This document shows, in pieces, positions 60,698 through 64,000 of a stretch of DNA of 64,000 nt (positions are counted from its first letter, which is position 1; each line of letters opens with the position of its first letter). The stretch covers positions 2,277-66,276 of the forward strand of contig WRLR01000005.1 in the NCBI GenBank assembly GCA_009777515.1, given 5' to 3'. A model generated the notes under the pieces. That model was not told where the DNA came from. It saw only the letters and a list, made by a program, of their open reading frames with translations, and did no database searches. The stretch comes from Oscillospiraceae bacterium. Its GTDB lineage: Bacteria > Bacillota > Clostridia > WRLR01. The translations under genes were made by a program, and so were the position numbers.

Positions 60698-61381
60698 TTA
60701 GTTGTTTTCCAAGCCAAAATGGCGTTCCAGCGCGCGCTGGGTGGACGCGACCGTGCTGGTTTTCGTCCGCATTATATAGAACAAGCCGCTGCTTTTTACA
60801 TCGTCGATGGTTCTTTGGGCGCCAAATCTGAACACATTTTTCATGTTTTCCAAAGCCATTTCCGGTTCTTTCAACCGCATAATGGCTTCATAGATGTCCC
60901 GGTGGTCGTCCCTGTCGAAATAGTCCTCCGCGATCAGCTCGGGCGGCGCGAGCAGGCATGCGATCCTGTCGGGCGGGGCCAATTGTTTAACCAGCTCACA
61001 CGTGAGCCCGGACAGGCCGATATCCGCCACGACAGTGTTTTGCTGCGCATATTTGATAAGCTCGATAATGGCGTATTCGAAATACTCCTTATATCCTTGC
61101 TCGAGGGAATCGTTATATTCCTCCGGCGGCCTGTTGAAATGGCGCTCCCAATCATAGCCTTGGCTTTGCGATTGAGTGTTATCCGGCGAGTTTTTATGCC
61201 GTTCGTCGCATATGCTTTGCCAGTGCGCGAAATTTTCTTCGTGATAATTATCGTTGAAATGCGTAAACCCGTATTTTTGCGCCAACGCGGCGGCCATAGT
61301 CGTTTTGCCGCCGCAGGCTGTGCCGACCAAAAAATAGACGTTTTGCAAATTGAACCTTAAAATATCTTCCGAAATATTCAT
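60698..61381 (-). CDS. P-loop NTPase/kinase-like hypothetical protein
   Basis: Walker A 'GTACGGKTT' near the N-terminus. Confidence 0.75.
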   Translation of the reverse strand: MNISEDILRFNLQNVYFLVGTACGGKTTMAAALAQKYGFTHFNDNYHEENFAHWQSICDERHKNSPDNTQSQSQGYDWERHFNRPPEEYNDSLEQGYKEYFEYAIIELIKYAQQNTVVADIGLSGLTCELVKQLAPPDRIACLLAPPELIAEDYFDRDDHRDIYEAIMRLKEPEMALENMKNVFRFGAQRTIDDVKSSGLFYIMRTKTSTVASTQRALERHFGLENN

Positions 61382-61393
61382 TAAAAACCTTTT

Positions 61394-62311
61394 TTATATA
61401 TTTTCGATTTGGAGGGGCGCGTCGACAAATACCGTCAATGCGCGGGGCAGCACCTCCACGTCGAGTGGGAGGGGCAGGCCCGCCTCGCCGTCCTGGGTGG
61501 TCAAGAGCGGGTGCGGGCTGGTAAACTTGAAGCGGCGGGCGCTCATACGCTTGAACCAGCGCCCGTCCTCGATGTTTTCACGGTTGATGATCTCCAGCAG
61601 CAGGCCGGGGAGATCGAGCGGCGGAACGTCCCGGATCAACAGCAGATCCATGCAGCCGTCCATCATACTGGCCTTTGGGTAAAGATTGGCCAGCCCCGCC
61701 GCCTGGCTGCCGTTTATCAACAGAAAAAGCAGGAAAACGTCTTCGATCACTTCTTCGCCATCTGTCTCAATCCTCAGCGGGAAAGGGCGAATGTTGGGCA
61801 GCTCGCCCAAAGCGGAGATATAATATGCCAACAACCCGAGGCTCTTTTTCAACTGGCTGCTGATAGTATAAGAGATGTTGACGAACATGCCTGCGGCGCA
61901 GGTGCTGAGGAATATGTGTTCGCCGTTTACCCTGCCAACATCCAGGGCGGCCGTTTCGCCCTTGGCGACCACGTCGATGCATTCCCACTCGTCTTCGGGC
62001 AGATGCAGGCTTTCAGCGAAGTCGTTGCTGGTGCCGGACGGCATGATGCCCATCGGCAGTGAGGGGCGGTGCGACAGTACCAACCGTGCAATTGAGCCAA
62101 TCGTGCCGTCACCGCCGGAGACGATGATAAATTCCACCCAGGGGGACGCGAGCAGCCGCACTAAAAAGTCTGTGAACCCCGGAGAAGGTCCCAGGCGGAC
62201 AGGCACCAGGAACAGGCCCTTGGACATGCCGTGGGCTAATAATTCGTCCAGGAAATCCGGGACTTTTTGGCTGCCGGAATCGGGATTGTATATCAACAAA
62301 CCGATACGCAT
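61394..62311 (-). CDS. Diacylglycerol kinase family lipid kinase (YegS/BmrU-like)
   Basis: 'IYNPDSG', 'SGGDGT', 'PSGTSNDFA', 'QDGE'; start behind AAGGGGG. Confidence 0.92.
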   Translation of the reverse strand: MRIGLLIYNPDSGSQKVPDFLDELLAHGMSKGLFLVPVRLGPSPGFTDFLVRLLASPWVEFIIVSGGDGTIGSIARLVLSHRPSLPMGIMPSGTSNDFAESLHLPEDEWECIDVVAKGETAALDVGRVNGEHIFLSTCAAGMFVNISYTISSQLKKSLGLLAYYISALGELPNIRPFPLRIETDGEEVIEDVFLLFLLINGSQAAGLANLYPKASMMDGCMDLLLIRDVPPLDLPGLLLEIINRENIEDGRWFKRMSARRFKFTSPHPLLTTQDGEAGLPLPLDVEVLPRALTVFVDAPLQIENI

Positions 62312-62366
62312 GATTATTAAGGCGCCCCCTTTTCCTAATAATATATCATATATTATCAGAAGCATA

Positions 62367-62520
62367 GTAGGGCGCGATGTCCCGTCATCATATTTGATGT
62401 TTATCGCACCATGCAACGGGCGACTTGCCTATACCTGCGTAGGGTGCGATGTCCCGTCAACATAGTTGACGTTTATCGCAACGTGTACCGGATGCCTGCC
62501 TATGTCTGAGTAGGACACAA
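62367..62520. repeat. Two ~72-bp tandem units with internal hairpins, each starting GTAGG
   Basis: gtagggygcgatgtcccgtca...tttatcgca... at 62367 and 62439; a third start at 62510. Confidence 0.75.
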
Positions 62521-62525
62521 CGACA

Positions 62526-63998
62526 TCATGATAAATACACAGACGGCGGTCGCAACTGTGACGCGCCGGCATTTTTCAATTTGAACTGCGTCATCAGGCT
62601 GCGCAGCGTGGCCGACTGCGAACTCATTTCCTCCGACGCCGCCGCGCTCTCCTCGGCGGTCGCACTGTTGTGCTGCACCACGCCGGCCACTTGCTCGACG
62701 CTACTGTTGATCTGCTCGATGCCCCGCAATTGTTCTTCGGACGCGCTGGCTATCTCCACGGCAATTTTGTTGCTGTCGTTCACCCCGGCGACTATCTCTT
62801 CAAGGCTCGAAGCAGTCTCGCTGGCGATGCTGACGCCTAAAGTGGCCTTTTCTATCGAATTTTCTATGAGCGCCCCTGTGTCCTTGGCCGCTTCAGCGCT
62901 TTTTGCGGCCAGGCTGCGGACCTCTTCGGCGACGACGGCGAAGCCCTTGCCGTACTGCCCGGCCCGCGCGGCTTCCACAGCGGCGTTGAGGGCGAGCACA
63001 TTCGTCTGGAACGCGATATCGTCTATGACTTTGATCACTTTACCTATAGAGCTGCTGGCTTCGCTTATCTCGTTGACCGCCGCCATCATCTCGCCCATCT
63101 GGCGGTTGCCGTCAACCGCGCTGTTCATTATGTCATTTGCGAGCTTGGCCGCATTGCCCGCCATGCTTGCGTTTAACTTGGTATGTTCCGCTATTTCGGA
63201 TATGGAGGCCGACAGTTCCTGTATTGACGCGGCCTGCTCCGTAGCGCCGGACGCGAGCGACTGCGCGCCGTCCGCAATCTGCTTCGCGCCTGCGGACACC
63301 TGCGAAGCGGACTGGTTAATGTCATTGAACATCTCATTGAGTTTCGCGCTCATATCGCATAACGAGTTGCCCATGACGTCGCGATCGGACAATGGGAGCA
63401 GATCGTTAGTTAAATCGCCGGTGGCTATGGTCTCCAGCACATGGCTCACCTTGTTTATACGATCGACAAACCCGGTAAACGATACAATAGTCTGCCCGGT
63501 CTCGTCCCTATTTTCGGCGTACTTGCGCAGGGCCGCGTCGTCCTCCGGCGAAAACACGATGTCGCCTGTGGCGCTGGCTTTTATCATAATGGCGGAAAGA
63601 GCCGACAGGGGCTTGCTAAATGATTTTCCGATATAGCCGCTGATTATCACCACAATGACAATGCAAAGCGGGAAAATAACCGCGAACCTGATAAATGACA
63701 ATTTGATTTCCGCGTTATATTCCGCTTCCGGCGCAAAAATCAACACATTATAGCCGTTAACCAACCTTCTGTGGGCGACCTTAAAAAGCGCGCCGCTTAT
63801 TTCTGCGTCGGCCACCTCGTCAATGCCGTCGCCGGCCATCGCCGCCAATTTCGCCCTGTCGCTTGACGCAAGCCGGTTAATAAAGTCGTTGCTCTCCAAA
63901 ATTTCGTTGTAATTATCTAGGAGGACCGCAAAGCCGGTGTCGAAAACTTCTATGCCATTGACCACGTTAACTATTCCATTTATTGACAAATCCACGCC
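62526..63998 (-). CDS. Methyl-accepting chemotaxis protein, 5'-partial
   Basis: TM and HAMP, then '[37 protein letters not shown]'. Confidence 0.96.
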   Translation of the reverse strand, partial: GVDLSINGIVNVVNGIEVFDTGFAVLLDNYNEILESNDFINRLASSDRAKLAAMAGDGIDEVADAEISGALFKVAHRRLVNGYNVLIFAPEAEYNAEIKLSFIRFAVIFPLCIVIVVIISGYIGKSFSKPLSALSAIMIKASATGDIVFSPEDDAALRKYAENRDETGQTIVSFTGFVDRINKVSHVLETIATGDLTNDLLPLSDRDVMGNSLCDMSAKLNEMFNDINQSASQVSAGAKQIADGAQSLASGATEQAASIQELSASISEIAEHTKLNASMAGNAAKLANDIMNSAVDGNRQMGEMMAAVNEISEASSSIGKVIKVIDDIAFQTNVLALNAAVEAARAGQYGKGFAVVAEEVRSLAAKSAEAAKDTGALIENSIEKATLGVSIASETASSLEEIVAGVNDSNKIAVEIASASEEQLRGIEQINSSVEQVAGVVQHNSATAEESAAASEEMSSQSATLRSLMTQFKLKNAGASQLRPPSVYLS

Positions 63999-64000
63999 CA

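Noticed and set aside
62581-63636. 351-aa plus-strand ORF
   Set aside because: Typical antisense ORF of an MCP signalling domain

Overview
Gene-dense window that looks like Clostridia/Firmicutes chromosome (SLH-domain proteins, BlaI/M56 pair, AGGAGG-type RBSs); the taxonomy is inferred. No rRNA, tRNA, CRISPR array or intact mobile element was seen. Contents: three adjacent extracytoplasmic-sensing modules (BlaI+M56, ECF sigma+anti-sigma, OmpR two-component system), a sugar-acid-type catabolic cluster, an orphan DNA methyltransferase followed by a decayed restriction-enzyme stub, an MFS/SH3-like surface-protein operon, an AT-richer block with two convergent sugar ABC operons, AraC and a group IIC intron remnant, an NfeD-flotillin-YfhO operon, a large SLH beta-helix protein, a 918-aa MerR fusion and a partial MCP. 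Best candidate for an undescribed system is 1421-5860. There the BlaR1-like M56 sensor ends in a ~70-aa domain I do not recognise, the same domain occurs twice in the downstream secreted beta-helix enzyme, and both promoters share an operator-like palindrome. All family calls come from motif recognition by eye, not from database searches.
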